Position numbers and translations under genes: made by a program. Shown one piece after another: positions 29,301 to 42,139 of a stretch of DNA of 64,000 nucleotides (position 1 is the first letter of the stretch; each line of letters begins with the position of its first letter). The notes under the pieces are model-generated. The model was not told the DNA's origin and ran no database searches. It worked only from the letters and a program-made list of their open reading frames with translations. The DNA is taken from the NCBI RefSeq assembly GCF_009914755.1, contig NC_060925.1. One strand, 5' to 3'. The DNA comes from the human T2T-CHM13v2.0 reference genome, Homo sapiens.

Positions 29301-31129
29301 GCAGGCTTATCCTCAGCTGGCAGTGATGTGGTGGCAGCGGTTTCACAGTTTGCATCTGTGCAGCACACTGTCCAGAGGCAGAGAGGGGCCACTTCTTTTT
29401 CTAGCCTTCCCTTAAAAGCTGGGAGATTTTCCCTCCAAAACCCTAGTAAATGTTACCTTATACTTCATTGGCTTTAAATGAGTCACATGCCTTTTCCTTA
29501 ACTAATCACTGGCAAAGGGATGTGGTTACCTTGACTGGATTAGTCTAATTAGAACCTGCTATGGAGCTGGAGCCCATCCCCCAAACTGTACGGACGGTGC
29601 ACAAGGTTGGGGGATGGAACGATCTTGAGGAGGTAAACATAATGCCTACTACAGTTTTCCTTTTTAGATCATTGGAGAGATGTGGGCACTTTCAATTGGA
29701 TTGTAATTGTTGGTCTAATCTTACAAGTGCCTTGTGTCTTATTGCAGAACGTCAGGGAACACCTGTCTGAGTTGTGCACCTGGAATTGCCAACATCGTGC
29801 TCAGTATGCATTTATTGAGCTAAAAATCCTTCAGGCCACATTATCTCTAGAAATGTGAATTTTGTTCTCAATGAATTCTTTGGCTTAAAAAGCAGGTTAA
29901 TTATAACATAATTGTTGGTAATCATGTCGTAAAATATGTAGTAAATGACCAGAAAGAAAAAGCATAAAACAGAAGTCAGAGGGCACAGAGAAGAGAGTGG
30001 AATGAAGAAAAGATCCTAAAAGCTTTCAGAGATCAGACACGCTTTGGAGGCACAGGTATGCCCTTCTTCCATTTCCATCAGCTCCTGAGTATCCAGATCC
30101 TAACCCAAGATCTTCCCACTCATTGTCAAGCTTCTTTGAACTTCCCACGTGTTTGATCACAGCTGAGGTGTGCAAAAAGGCTGGGTTCTGAGATAGGTCA
30201 GATGGAATCTGACCAGAAGGGGCCAGGCCTGGCAGCCAGATGGGGAAGAGCTCAGGCCACCAGCACAGAGGTTCACAACTGGCCAACATGTGAGGCACTC
30301 GAGGGCTGTGAGGTGTCCTCCATGAAGACCACATTGTAGGCCCCATATGTCCAGCTTTGGGCTTTGTTCTTGTTTCCCTAGGTGGCAACTCAGACTGGCT
30401 CTCCCAGTCCAAACCGTGTTCCCTACTTAGAGCTGCAGCATGAGGGGTTGCCCCTGGGCTAGTACCTTTGAAAGCCTGTGCTGCTGTTATGACCCTACTC
30501 AGAGAGGAGATTTAATCTGCCAGCACAAACAGTGCTGTCCATAACTTTACTGCAGTACCAACGTACTCCCTTTAAAAGACAATCACCTCCAAGAAAATCA
30601 CTTCAGGTAATCTTGGTCTGAGTGGGTGGGAGGGATATTACGAGGCTCTAATTGGAGATCCCCAGTGCTACTGGGATTGATACTTGAGAAATGTTTTGAT
30701 AGAAAAGAGGCTATTGGAGAAGATTTTGCAGCATTGCAGATGCCATTGTCTGAGCCTGATGCTGCAGTGGTTTGGACAAACACCCTTCAGGGACTATATA
30801 GAGGCTTCTGGAAGTTAGCCCCTAGCCCTTCTCTATCCCAGTCTAGATAACTGGCATTTCAATTTGTTTCTCCAAGTCCAAGGGGTTGTAGCATTTTGTT
30901 TTCTTTCCAGTTAACTATTACTGACTCCTAGTGACTTTTCCTTCCAGAGACTGTCCAAGGAGTAGTTTTCTGTCCTTAGTTTTCTACCTCCCTTAAGTTC
31001 CTTAGAAAAGTATGGGAAACTGCAAAATATCTTCTTTCCTCCGTACCTGTTTACCTTTCTCCCTCTCTCCTCCCCTCACTCCTTCCTTTTATAAGCACTT
31101 ACTGAATGCTTACAATTACTACATTTCTG

Positions 31130-31700
31130 CTCTCCAGTGGTTAAGCAGGGCCAGGTGACTGAATTCTGGCTAATGGAATGTGGAGAGTTGATATACACCA
31201 CTTCTAGGCCTTGCCTGTAAGCCTCATGCAAAATCTTTCAAGTGCTTAGTCTTTTTCTTTGTCTCCCAGCTGGAGAGAAAAAGAGTTTAGGAAGACTCTG
31301 AGGCCCAGGGCTTGGGTGTTAGCAGGACCAGGTGCCTGTTTTTGTAAATAAAAAATTTTATTGAAATACAGCCGTATCCATTTGTTTATATATTGTCTAT
31401 GCTGCTTTCACACTGAAAAGGCAGAGTTGTGTAGTTGCAACTAAGATCTTATGGCCTGCAATGGCTAAAATATTTACTATCTAACCCTTTAAGAAAAAAA
31501 TTTGCTTAACCCTTCCCCAGGGGATGGCAGAGCCACTGAATGAAAGGAACCTGGTTCCCTGAATGACTATGTAGAGCAGAGTCTCTCTTTCCCATCTTCC
31601 AGGCCAACTTGCATCATTAGACAGTGATATTGGAGAGAAATAAGTTTTTATTTTATTAAGCTATAGATATTTTGAGGTTGTTTAATACAAACATAAGTTA
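31130..31700. mobile_element. MLT1J-like LTR with nested MER58-like hAT element (~31325-31520)
   Basis: gtgactgaattctggctaatggaatgtgg; inner tttttgtaaataaa...ggcagagttgtgtagttgcaac...aaaatatttactatct. Confidence 0.65.
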
Positions 31701-31807
31701 TTTTACATAATAAAAATGGTAGCTAATATTTATTGGGCATTTTTTATGGCCAGGTGCTGTTCTATGAGCTTCTGTATTTAATTCTCACAACTTTATGATG
31801 TATCTAC

Positions 31808-32075
31808 CTTTCTTTTTTTTCTTTTTTTGAGATGGAGTCTCGTTCTGTCTCCCAGGCTGGAGTGAAGTGGCGCGATCTCGGCTTGCTATAACTTCTACCT
31901 CCTGGGTTCAAGAAATTCTCTGCCTCAGCCTCCTGAGTAGCCGGGATTACAGGCACCTGCCAGCATGCCCGGTTAATTTTTTTGTCTTTTTAGTAGAGAC
32001 AGAGTTTCACCATCTTGGCCAGGCTGGTCTCAAACTCCTGACTTTTTGATCCACCCGCCTCAGCCTCCCAAAGTG
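31808..32075 (-). mobile_element. AluS, 5'-truncated, inserted in a MIR
   Basis: poly(T)-gagatggagtctcg...cctcccaaagtg; TSD gatgtatctac at 31797-31807 and 32076-32086. Confidence 0.95.
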
Positions 32076-34494
32076 GATGTATCTACTTTACATGTATCTA
32101 CTTAATCTGTAAAATGATGTATGATCATTTTACAGATTAAGATATGCAAGGCTATGTAATTTGCCGAGGGATTCAGTTGGTGAGCGTGGAGTTGGGATTC
32201 ATACCCAGCTTCAGAGCGTAGGCTCCTAACTTCTATTTTTTTGCCCCATATTTACCTAACTTACAGTTCCAAGTTCCTCCCCAGATACTATGTTGATTCT
32301 TATCACAGGCTTCTGTAGGGCAGGTTATATTATTATCCTCATTGTTTATGTGAGAAAACTGACCTAGAGAAGTCAAGCTAAAGGTTGCTTGACTAGCAAG
32401 TGGCAGAAATGTAGCCTGAACCCAGAGCTTCTGATACCAGAATACGGACTCTTTCAACTCCTCCGCAGAGACTCAGACTGACTTAGTGCACACTCCATAT
32501 TTGAAGCTGTGTTTTCCTTGAGTCTTGGTTTACATTCAGAATGCACCAGCCTGTTAAATTGCTGTTGGACATTAGCCCATCCTTGAACAGTCACCATAAC
32601 AACATAGGCACATGGAGAGGAATGTGGGGTAGGCAAAAACTGATGCCAGTCCAGGGGAGAATAGAGCTTTGCAGGGAGTGGGGGTGGGTCAGGGAACACT
32701 TCCTGGGTGTGTTTTGCTATGTTCTTTTCATGATATAGACTGGAAATGATTGAGAAGGACACTGTTCTAGTGGCTTTTAGCAACCTGACTCATCCAGGAC
32801 AATACCTCTTACCAACTTAGCACAACCTCTCAGGCTGACACACTGCTTTTAGGACAGTGTTTGAAGACATGGTTCCTAGGGGGAAAGGGTGTCTATTAAC
32901 AATGTAGGTTCCTGAACCCACCCAAGATCTACTGCATGAGAATCTCTGAAGAGACATCCAGGAATCTGCATTTTTAACCAGCAATGTAGATGGTTCTGAT
33001 GTACATTAGAGATTGAGAAGTGCGGTCTTAGGAAGTCATGGTAAATGAAAATCATGCCCAGCTTTTACTCCTCCTTTTTCAGTCAGGTAGCAGGCTGGCT
33101 CAGCTAAGAAAAATCCCTAGATGAATATTTATTTCTGCACAGGGAATGTTTCCTCTCAGAGTAGGCGGGTGAGTATGCTGAGTAGGTCATTCCCTGCCAT
33201 TCCTATTGCTGGGCAGGAAACCCATTTTACTGTATCAGTTCTCTCTCAAGAGAATCATTTTTAGAATTAACTCAACACGATATATAAGTTGTAGAGTATC
33301 ATATCTCAAAATTTGTTTCCATCTTATAACTTTTAATTTCTAACAGGTGGGAATTAGGACATCTTTACCCTCATCCAGCCTATGGCAGACAGAGGGTACA
33401 GAGCCAAGATAGCTCAGGGCCAGCTTGGGGACACTTGTATGCCTACCACTCACCTCGTAGTGTTCATCAGTTCCATTTCTGTCCACTATCTCTTAGCCAA
33501 TGTGCTTGGTGGTCTATGCAGTGGAGATTTCTTTGCTGAACTCAGAACTTTCAGGGAATAAAGATAGTAGACTTAGAAAAGCATGAGTTTCATTGACTTG
33601 CTGGTGTATCCACTTCTCACAAGGTAAGTTGGAGGATGCACATGTTCTGGAGGAATCAGAAAGAGAGTGGTGGAGGGGTGGGAATAGGATGGGCATGCAC
33701 CCAAGGAAAGGAAGATGAATGTCCTCAATGTGACAGACTCATCTTTAAGGGTCTGAGAGGCACAGATAAGCCAAAGGGGTGCATGGACCATTATTTCTAA
33801 AGCAGTAAAAAATAGATGAATTAAGAAGTAAAACTCTTGATAGGGTATAAAGGGAAAGATGGTGCAAAGGACATAATATTTCTTCATGGACAAAGATCTT
33901 GACTTTGACTCTGGAAGGGTGACAGGGAAGACAATTTCAGAAGTAGGCTATGAGCTCGAGTGTTTTTGGCAGTGCAGGGTGCTTGTGTGGGGGTGGAGGA
34001 AGAGAGCCCTTATTCTGCCATTCCACTGTGCCCTGACAGGGAAGGGAAGGGTTTTTCTGGGGCTGCTGGATTACACTAAACGCTCTTCCACCCCAGGATC
34101 CCCATAATTTAAAATCACACCCTCTGCTCATTAACCAAACTTAGCAATGAAGAATAAGAAGAGAAGTAGGTAGGAAGCAAGGGTTAGAGTCAGACTGGTG
34201 CTCTCAAAGCTTTCATTAGCTCGTTCTTGGGCAAGTTTTGCAGAGCTCATCTTATAACTTTTAATTTCGAAGCAGGCCCTCTTCTCCCTCTCTTCAGGAG
34301 TGTTGAGTGTGAGCTATAGGACAGCAACTTTGCTCTCAGGAAGCTGCTCACCTGGGTCCACCCCTCATTCTCTTTTGTAGATCTCCATTTCCTATTTTTG
34401 CCAGGTTCTCTGTAGAACCTGCTTCCATGGGCGTAGGCTGAATGACAATAATGGAGTCCAAGAGACGCAGATGAAAGACCAAAGTTTACAGGAC

Positions 34495-34720
34495 TTTATA
34501 AATAAAGTTTTATCAGAACACAGTCATTCCCATTCATTTACATATTCTCTGGCTGCTTTCATGCTACAACAGCAGCGTTTAAATAGTTGCAACAGAGATT
34601 GTGTGGCACGCAAAGCTCAAAATATTTATTTTCTGGTCCTTTGCAACAGAGATTATATGGCATGCAAAGCTTGAAATATTTATTTTCTGGCCCTTTGCAG
34701 TGTTTGCCAATCCTTGCTCT
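34495..34720. mobile_element. MER58-like hAT element with an internal 54-bp tandem duplication
   Basis: tataaataaagttttatcagaacacagtcattcccattcatttac...; gcaacagagatt...ctttgca present twice. Confidence 0.8.
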
Positions 34721-36630
34721 AGAGAGTTTTGTATGGGCATTTAAATGCTACCCTTAAGTAACATATATCACTTCCACTCACAACTCACTGGCCAAAATGG
34801 TCACATGGCCCCACTCAACCATAGAGGGCCAGGAAGTACATCCTACTGTGTGCCCAAGAAGGGGATAATCAGAATATTTGGCAAACAGCACTAATGGTCA
34901 CCATAAGCACCTAATATGAATTGAACTCAGTACTAGGTGCTGGGTATAGAAAGAAGAACAAGACAAAATTGTTGATCTCAAGGAATTTAAGGAATGCCAG
35001 AATTTGGGGATTGGAGGGGGAAGGCTAAGTATAGATTCGAGTGTCCTTTCCTAGAAGATATAGACTGGCTTGTCTGAATTGCTTGAGATCTCGGCTTGGT
35101 GCTAGCCAGAACTGGGGACTGATCGGCTTGGCAAGCAGTGGGGGCAACAGACCCTCCTGGTGAACATTTGTATCAATAATAGAAGGGTTGTTTAACAGAA
35201 ATTCTTAAAGGAAAGATGAGATAATTTCATATTTTGATATTCATAACATAAAGCTGGAGCTCCGCAGTGCATATTATTGCTGTTGTAATTTTGGCAAAGA
35301 TGTGATTCAAATTGGCAAAGTGTCTGGGAAGAGGAAATCATGTAAGGAGAGAGGGTGGGATGGGTCAGGAAACAGAGGTGGGGAGCCAGGTACTGGTGGC
35401 CTGGTGAGAGCTGGGAGGGTGGCCCAGGAGCCTTTGTCACAGACAGACACGAGGGAAAGGAGGCTGCAGCCAGCAGGGCCTGAGAATTCTTGGAGTTGCT
35501 GGAGATGCTAAGGCCTGGGGAGGGAGTGGGAGCAGCAGGGGAGGGGTGTGCGCGTGCATGTGGTGAGGGAGAGACATTTAAACATCGTAGGAATGAAGGA
35601 TAAATTTAAAATCCCTCAAGGGGAGTTGAGACAGAATGACAACGTGAGGAACGTGAATCACTCTTTCTAGGGACCCACCCAGCTGTTGGCATGATTTGGA
35701 ATACATTTTCTTCTCCTTACCAAGCTCATTCTGGACTCCTTATCTTCCTTCTCCCTGATCCCTTGACCTGGCCTTGGTGGCCAAGTACCGAGTGTTGGCT
35801 ACCATGTCCTGGGAGCTTCAAGCTCAAAAGCATTGAGGCCTTAGGGTGTGGTGCTGGTAGGGCAAGGAAGACCAGTCCAGATGCTGGAGATGGAGAAGGG
35901 GACGAATAGAGAAGGTATCTTAGGGCTCCAGGGGCGTCCGAGTCTACTGAATGCTCCCATCAGGCTTTATCATGTATGCGCTAAGATCATCCTCTCATCC
36001 AGACTTTTTGTTTCTATTTATTATCTTAGCATAACGAGGAGGGGGGCTGGGAGAGGCATTTATGGATTCTGCTTCATGTGGTAGAGACACTGTGATCAAT
36101 ATAGTGGAGAAAACCATAAGCTAGGACTTGAAATCTGAGTTCTCTCCCAGCTCTGCTTTTTATTGGCAGTGTGATCCTGGGTGGGGCTCTCTACCTTTGT
36201 GGACCTCAGCATCCATAAAATGATATGGTTAGATCATTATAATTCCTAACCATTGAAATAGTCTTTGTTTTTGTGACTTGCAATTTGACTTGCCGTCCAA
36301 CCCAGGGAAGGCGGGGTGGGAGATGGTGTCTGGAGGGCAACTTTCTGGGAGGATGCCACCCTGGGGGCCCAGTACAGCTCCCAACACATAGTGGGTGCTC
36401 AACCATCCAACACTGGTTGAATGATCTGGAGGCCAGAGTTCCTCTGAGCATGTAGAGCACGGGACACTTCTTAGATGCCACCTGTGGTCACTGAGACGTG
36501 TGGTTGGGAGGAATTCTGGTTTTGGGCTCCTGGCTAGGAGGGAGGCAATAAGCAGGTATCTTGAAAAGGTGGTAAGTTCAGGCCCTCTCAAGCCACAAGG
36601 ACTCCCCCCAGTACTTAGACCTGCTGTGGG

Positions 36631-37462
<832 letters not shown>

Positions 37463-37702
37463 TAGTGCCTGGCACAGTGCCTTGCACATGGTAAGTTCTC
37501 AGTCAACGCTGATTGAATACGTACGTCTTTCAGAGGCCAATCTGGTTATGTCCTCCTTGGCATGGAAAAGGAGAATGATGCCAAGGGGAGCAGCAGGGGC
37601 ATCTGAGTCACACGTGGCCCCAGGTCCTGAGGCAGGCACAGGCATTAAAAAAGGAGGAAGGAACCTGCATACAGGACCCAGTTCTCAAGAAGAGTTCTCC
37701 TT

Positions 37703-37990
<288 letters not shown>

Positions 37991-38499
37991 GAGAGACCAC
38001 CTTGTGGCTTGGTGCCCCCAGGCACGCACTTGGGAGGCAGGGCAGCAGGTGGTGGTGGCAATCCCCCCAGAGTGGGCCCTGGGGAAGGGGTTAGAGGGAT
38101 TCTTCTACCAAAAATGGGAGGGAACAGCCAGCTAGCTGTCCGAGGTGGGGCTGAGATGTGCGGCCCTCGGAGTTCTCTCCTTATTGCAGCACCTCTAAAC
38201 CTTACCAACGCGGCATATCATTATTTCTTTAATCTGTGTCTTCTGCAGTAGACTGTAAGTTTATGAGGGCAAGAATCCAGTCCACTTTGTTAAATTCTGG
38301 ACACCTGGGGGCCCAGCCTGGTCCGCCGCGGATGCTCCTAATTTCAACATCATTTATCGAGCTCCACTGTGTGCCAGTTTGTGGGTCAGGCCCGGGATGT
38401 AGCACTGAGCAAGCCAGAAGCCTTGGCCTGGAAGGCAATGCCATTAACCTCTTTCTTTCTCTTCTCTATTTCCCTGTGACCTTGGCCCCATTCTTCCTC

Positions 38500-38546
38500 C
38501 CTCCCTCCCTTCCCCACTCCTTGTCTCTGCCCTCTCCCTCCCACAG
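38500..38546 (+). promoter_or_regulatory. Polypyrimidine tract and 3' splice acceptor
   Basis: ctccctcccttccccactccttgtctctgccctctccctcccacAG|. Confidence 0.85.
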
Positions 38547-38559
38547 AGCAATGTTCTGT

Positions 38560-39130
38560 GATGGTGCCCGAGATGCGTGGACTGAGCCCAGACCGCAGGC
38601 TGCCCGAGCCCGCCCCCTGCCCGGCTGCGGGGAGCCCTGAGCCCAGGTCCGCGGGCCGCCGCCAACGCCACGTCCTGGCCCTGCCGGAAGAAGAGGCATG
38701 GCGGCCCCAGCAGTGCGCTCTGCTCGAGGCCGACGCCTCGGACGAGGTGGGCATGCTGCCGGCTTCCCCGCGCGCCGCCTCTGGCTTCGACAACTTCTTC
38801 CAGGTGCAGGAGGGCGAGGGCCAGGGCTGGGAGGGCGCCATGGCACTGGAGGCGGGCTCCAGCCCTTTCCTGCCGGTGAGCCCCGAGGTCATGAAGCGGC
38901 GGCGCGGGGGCCTCATCGAGCAGCGCGACATCATCAAGGCCCACGAGGCGCACAAGATGCAGAGCACCCCGCAGGCCCGGCGCAAGGAATGGGAGTGAGT
39001 ATGGCGGGGACGCGGGGGCGGGCATGGCTGGCTGGGCCTGAGGTCGGGGTGGGTTCCTGGAGCGGATGGGCCCCGTGAGGCCGCCCTGGAGGGTCGGGAG
39101 ATGCTTTCGCTGTGCTGCGACTAACGAGAG
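38560..39130. promoter_or_regulatory. Intragenic CpG island over the coding exon
   Basis: Very high GC and dense CpG compared with the CpG-depleted rest of the window. Confidence 0.85.
38561..38994 (+). CDS. CACNA1E: Coding part (434 nt, phase-2 donor) of exon 38547-38994; probable alternative upstream exon of CACNA1E encoding an N-terminal extension MVPEMRG...ARRKEWE of Cav2.3 alpha-1E
   Basis: Seen: acceptor, 14-nt leader, gtgATGg start, open frame, nearly all of the last ~35 codons end in G/C, GA|GTGAGT donor, downstream G-runs. Recalled, not searched: a CACNA1E transcript with exon limits c.-14 to c.434 joining to the exon that starts MARFGEAVV. Confidence 0.75.
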
Positions 39131-40673
39131 GCTGGACCCTCTGGATGAGGTCCTCGTGGTCAGTCCCTGATCTCACCACCCGGCTGTAGGCCTCGTCCAG
39201 CCTCACTGAGGCGTTCAGCTGTCAGATGTGGGTGAATCAGCCTTGCCCCCAAGGCTCACTTGTTTTACTAAGAGCCTGTGGAGAAAGAACTGGGGTCTGT
39301 TTCATTCTCTGAGCTTTCCTGAAAGCCAGGGAGAATCCTTCACAACGTGGATCATCTATTTCATCTTTACTTCAGGAACTGCAGCTAACCCTGCCTTTTT
39401 AATATCCTCCTTGGATGAATGATTACATTTTGGGCACATCTCCAGTGGATGGAGGAAAATGTCCAAGATCTGTGTGGCCACTCCTGGCTTTATTTCTGCT
39501 CTGTTTGTGTAGGGCAAAAGGCCAACTTTAATTCACACCTGTTGAGAATTTTGGCTTTTTCTTCTTAGGAGTCCTAAATTAAAGGAAGATGGGATTTCAC
39601 TTAATTCTCTCGGTTGCCCCAGGTTTTTGCTCCATAGAAGGACTTTGCTTTGTCCTGTGGATGCCGGAGTTTACTCGGCATGCTGGCATGCCCTGTGGTC
39701 TGTATGTCTTCATCTCTTCTTGCTTTAGATTGTTGACTTGCTAGATGTCATCAAGTACAAAGAGATTAGTCACAGATGTATTTTGATGGTGGTGGTCGTG
39801 GTGGGATTTACCTACTTGGTTTCAGTGAATGTTCTGGATGATACAAGTAGGGGTAAATGAGCTGATCTCTGTTTCATAAGGATGTTAATGTTTGTTAGTT
39901 CGCTCATTCATTCATTCAGTGAGTCCGAATGTATGCCGGGCTCCTGGGATTCAGAGAGGAGTTGGGCACAGCCAGCATTCAACAAATCTCTTGGTTGTTC
40001 ATCTCTCAGCACTATTAGTATTTAGAGCCTTGCATACCTGTCTTTAAGTGCCAGGCAACATTCCAAGCACCTTACATATATCCACTCATGTTAATCTTCA
40101 CCATAACTATGAGGTAGGTACAGTTATTAGCCACATGTAACCAATGAGGCACAGAGAAGTTAAGTGACTTTCTCAAGGTCACGTGGATAACAACCGCATT
40201 GTTACTGTGATTTGATATTAATTAGTAATTTGAACCCTGGCAGTCTGGTTGTGGAATCCATGCCTTTAACCATGATGGCACAGTGCCTTTCATTCTAACT
40301 CTCAAAGTACTTCTCTCAACAACCTATTGAGATGCCATGGTAAGAGCACTGGTGTTGGGGTTTGGAGACTTGGGTCTAATTCCCAGGGTGACCTAATTAG
40401 TGGTGTGACCTTGAGTAAGTCACCTCATCATGACTTCGAAAGACAAGTAGGAGGGAGTAGACTTCCTTTAAATACAATGCAGCTCTGATAGCTGGCCTTT
40501 CTTCATATTTAGAAGTACTATTTTTTAATGCACCTCCATCTTATCTTTCTAAGAGGACCCTGAACAACTTGAGGGCTGAGACTGTCATGCACATTGTTCA
40601 TGTCACTCAATGCCTATCATCTGGCCTAACCCAAAAAATCCCACAATACTCAATGAAAAACTAGCTTTACCAT

Positions 40674-40938
40674 GACTAGCAATGTGGAAATAACTTTTAT
40701 GTCTCTAAGTTAAACTTTACTGATTGGAGGATGTCAAGATCTAGTACCAGCCACCTACCTGGGGTGCTGGCGGGGATGATTGGGAGACTGTTTTCACTTG
40801 GGCAGGTCCATGAAGAGGTAAACCAGGGTACACACATCAATGGCCTTGGGGAATGTCAGCCTTTAGGGGTGTGGCAGTGGAGGAAGAGCACATGAAGGAG
40901 GTGAGAAGGAGTAGAAGGAGGTGGGAGGGTAACCAGAG
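40674..40938 (+). repeat. Diverged local duplication, copy 2; runs into antisense L2-like sequence
   Basis: Matches 36631-36853 with substitutions and indels. Confidence 0.88.
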
Positions 40939-41303
40939 GGTATAGGGACAAAGAAGTAAGGAAAATGGTGTGTTCAGAAGGAAGGTCATCATCTCCATAG
41001 AATGTTGCTGAGAGGTCAAATAAAATGAAGATAGAGAAGGAAACACTGGCTTTGGCAACACAGAGATGACCTGAATGGGAGTAGTTTCCACAGGGCGATG
41101 GGGTCAGTAGCCCAGTTGGAGTGGGTTGAAAAGAAAATGGGAAGTGATAGAGACAGTGATGTTGCCCCATCCTTCTCTGCTCCCCAACACTCACGGCCTC
41201 ATCATGGCTTTTCCCCTCACCACCCAAATTCCTTAGCCTCATGGCTCTGTACATGCCTTAATTTGATCTTCTCCACACCCCTCCCCAGTTCTACGAACCC
41301 TAA

Positions 41304-41922
41304 TGTTACTGAGCAAAGAGGGCTTGCTGCTCGGGGCACTAGAAGCCAATACTACAGCACTGGGTTTTTGAGAAGAGAAGCTTTTTATTGCATGTCAATT
41401 CACAAAGAGACGGGATGTCAAGCCCAAATCTGTCTCTCTGTCCTCGCTTCAAGGCAGTATTTTCATTAGAAAAGGTTCAAGGGATTAGTAAGTGATTGGT
41501 GGAGGGAAAGGGGAGGTCTGGAAAGTCCTTGGACATGCTCAGTTATCTCTTCATGCTACCTCACAGGTCGCATGTGAAAATTCTTGAGGACTTAGTATGA
41601 AACATGTCATGGAAGTTCAGGCTGTGGTGTCAGCAGGCTTGTTCTGCAGACGCCAGTAGGCCAGGCCATCTTGGTTCCAACCGATGTCAGCCAGTTTTTT
41701 CTTGATCTCACGTTGTGGGGAATTTCAGCATTTCTGCAAGTTGTTTCTTTTCTTATCTGCCATTCTGCAAGCTCAAGAATATCTGTTAGTCATTGGTTTC
41801 TTACTCTTTGGGGCACAGTTTCAGCTTCAGCTTTTCAGCAGGTTGTTTCTTTTCTTATCTGCTATCCTGTAAGCCAAAGAATGTAGTCATTGGCCTCTTT
41901 AACTCTTTGGGGCACGGTTTCA
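41304..41922 (-). mobile_element. ERV1-class solo LTR (possibly LTR26-like)
   Basis: TG...CA ends, 4-bp TSD ctaa (41300-41303 and 41923-41926), tttatt (AATAAA on minus) at ~41383. Confidence 0.85.
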
Positions 41923-42139
41923 CTAATACACTGTCTGGCACTCATGTTTCATCATCAGCAAAGTCCTGTTCATCCTCCTCATCTTCTCTGGAAGTCCCCT
42001 TCACTCTCTTATTTCTGCTGGAGCCTCCCCCCAGGAATGCGGCTTGCTCTGCAGCTGCCTCATGTGACAGCTGCTTTCCCTTCCACGCTGCCTTGGACCC
42101 TGGAGTCTAGAGAAGCAATTTGCTCCTCACTATTGCTTC

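Noticed and set aside
38386-39078. Long antisense and alternate-frame ORFs over the exon (199, 193 and 126 aa)
   Set aside because: Expected shadows of a GC3-rich coding exon; no independent splice or codon support
39676-39693. Paired CATG cores as a p53 response element
   Set aside because: Cores are 4 nt apart rather than the 6 nt of adjacent RRRCWWGYYY decamers
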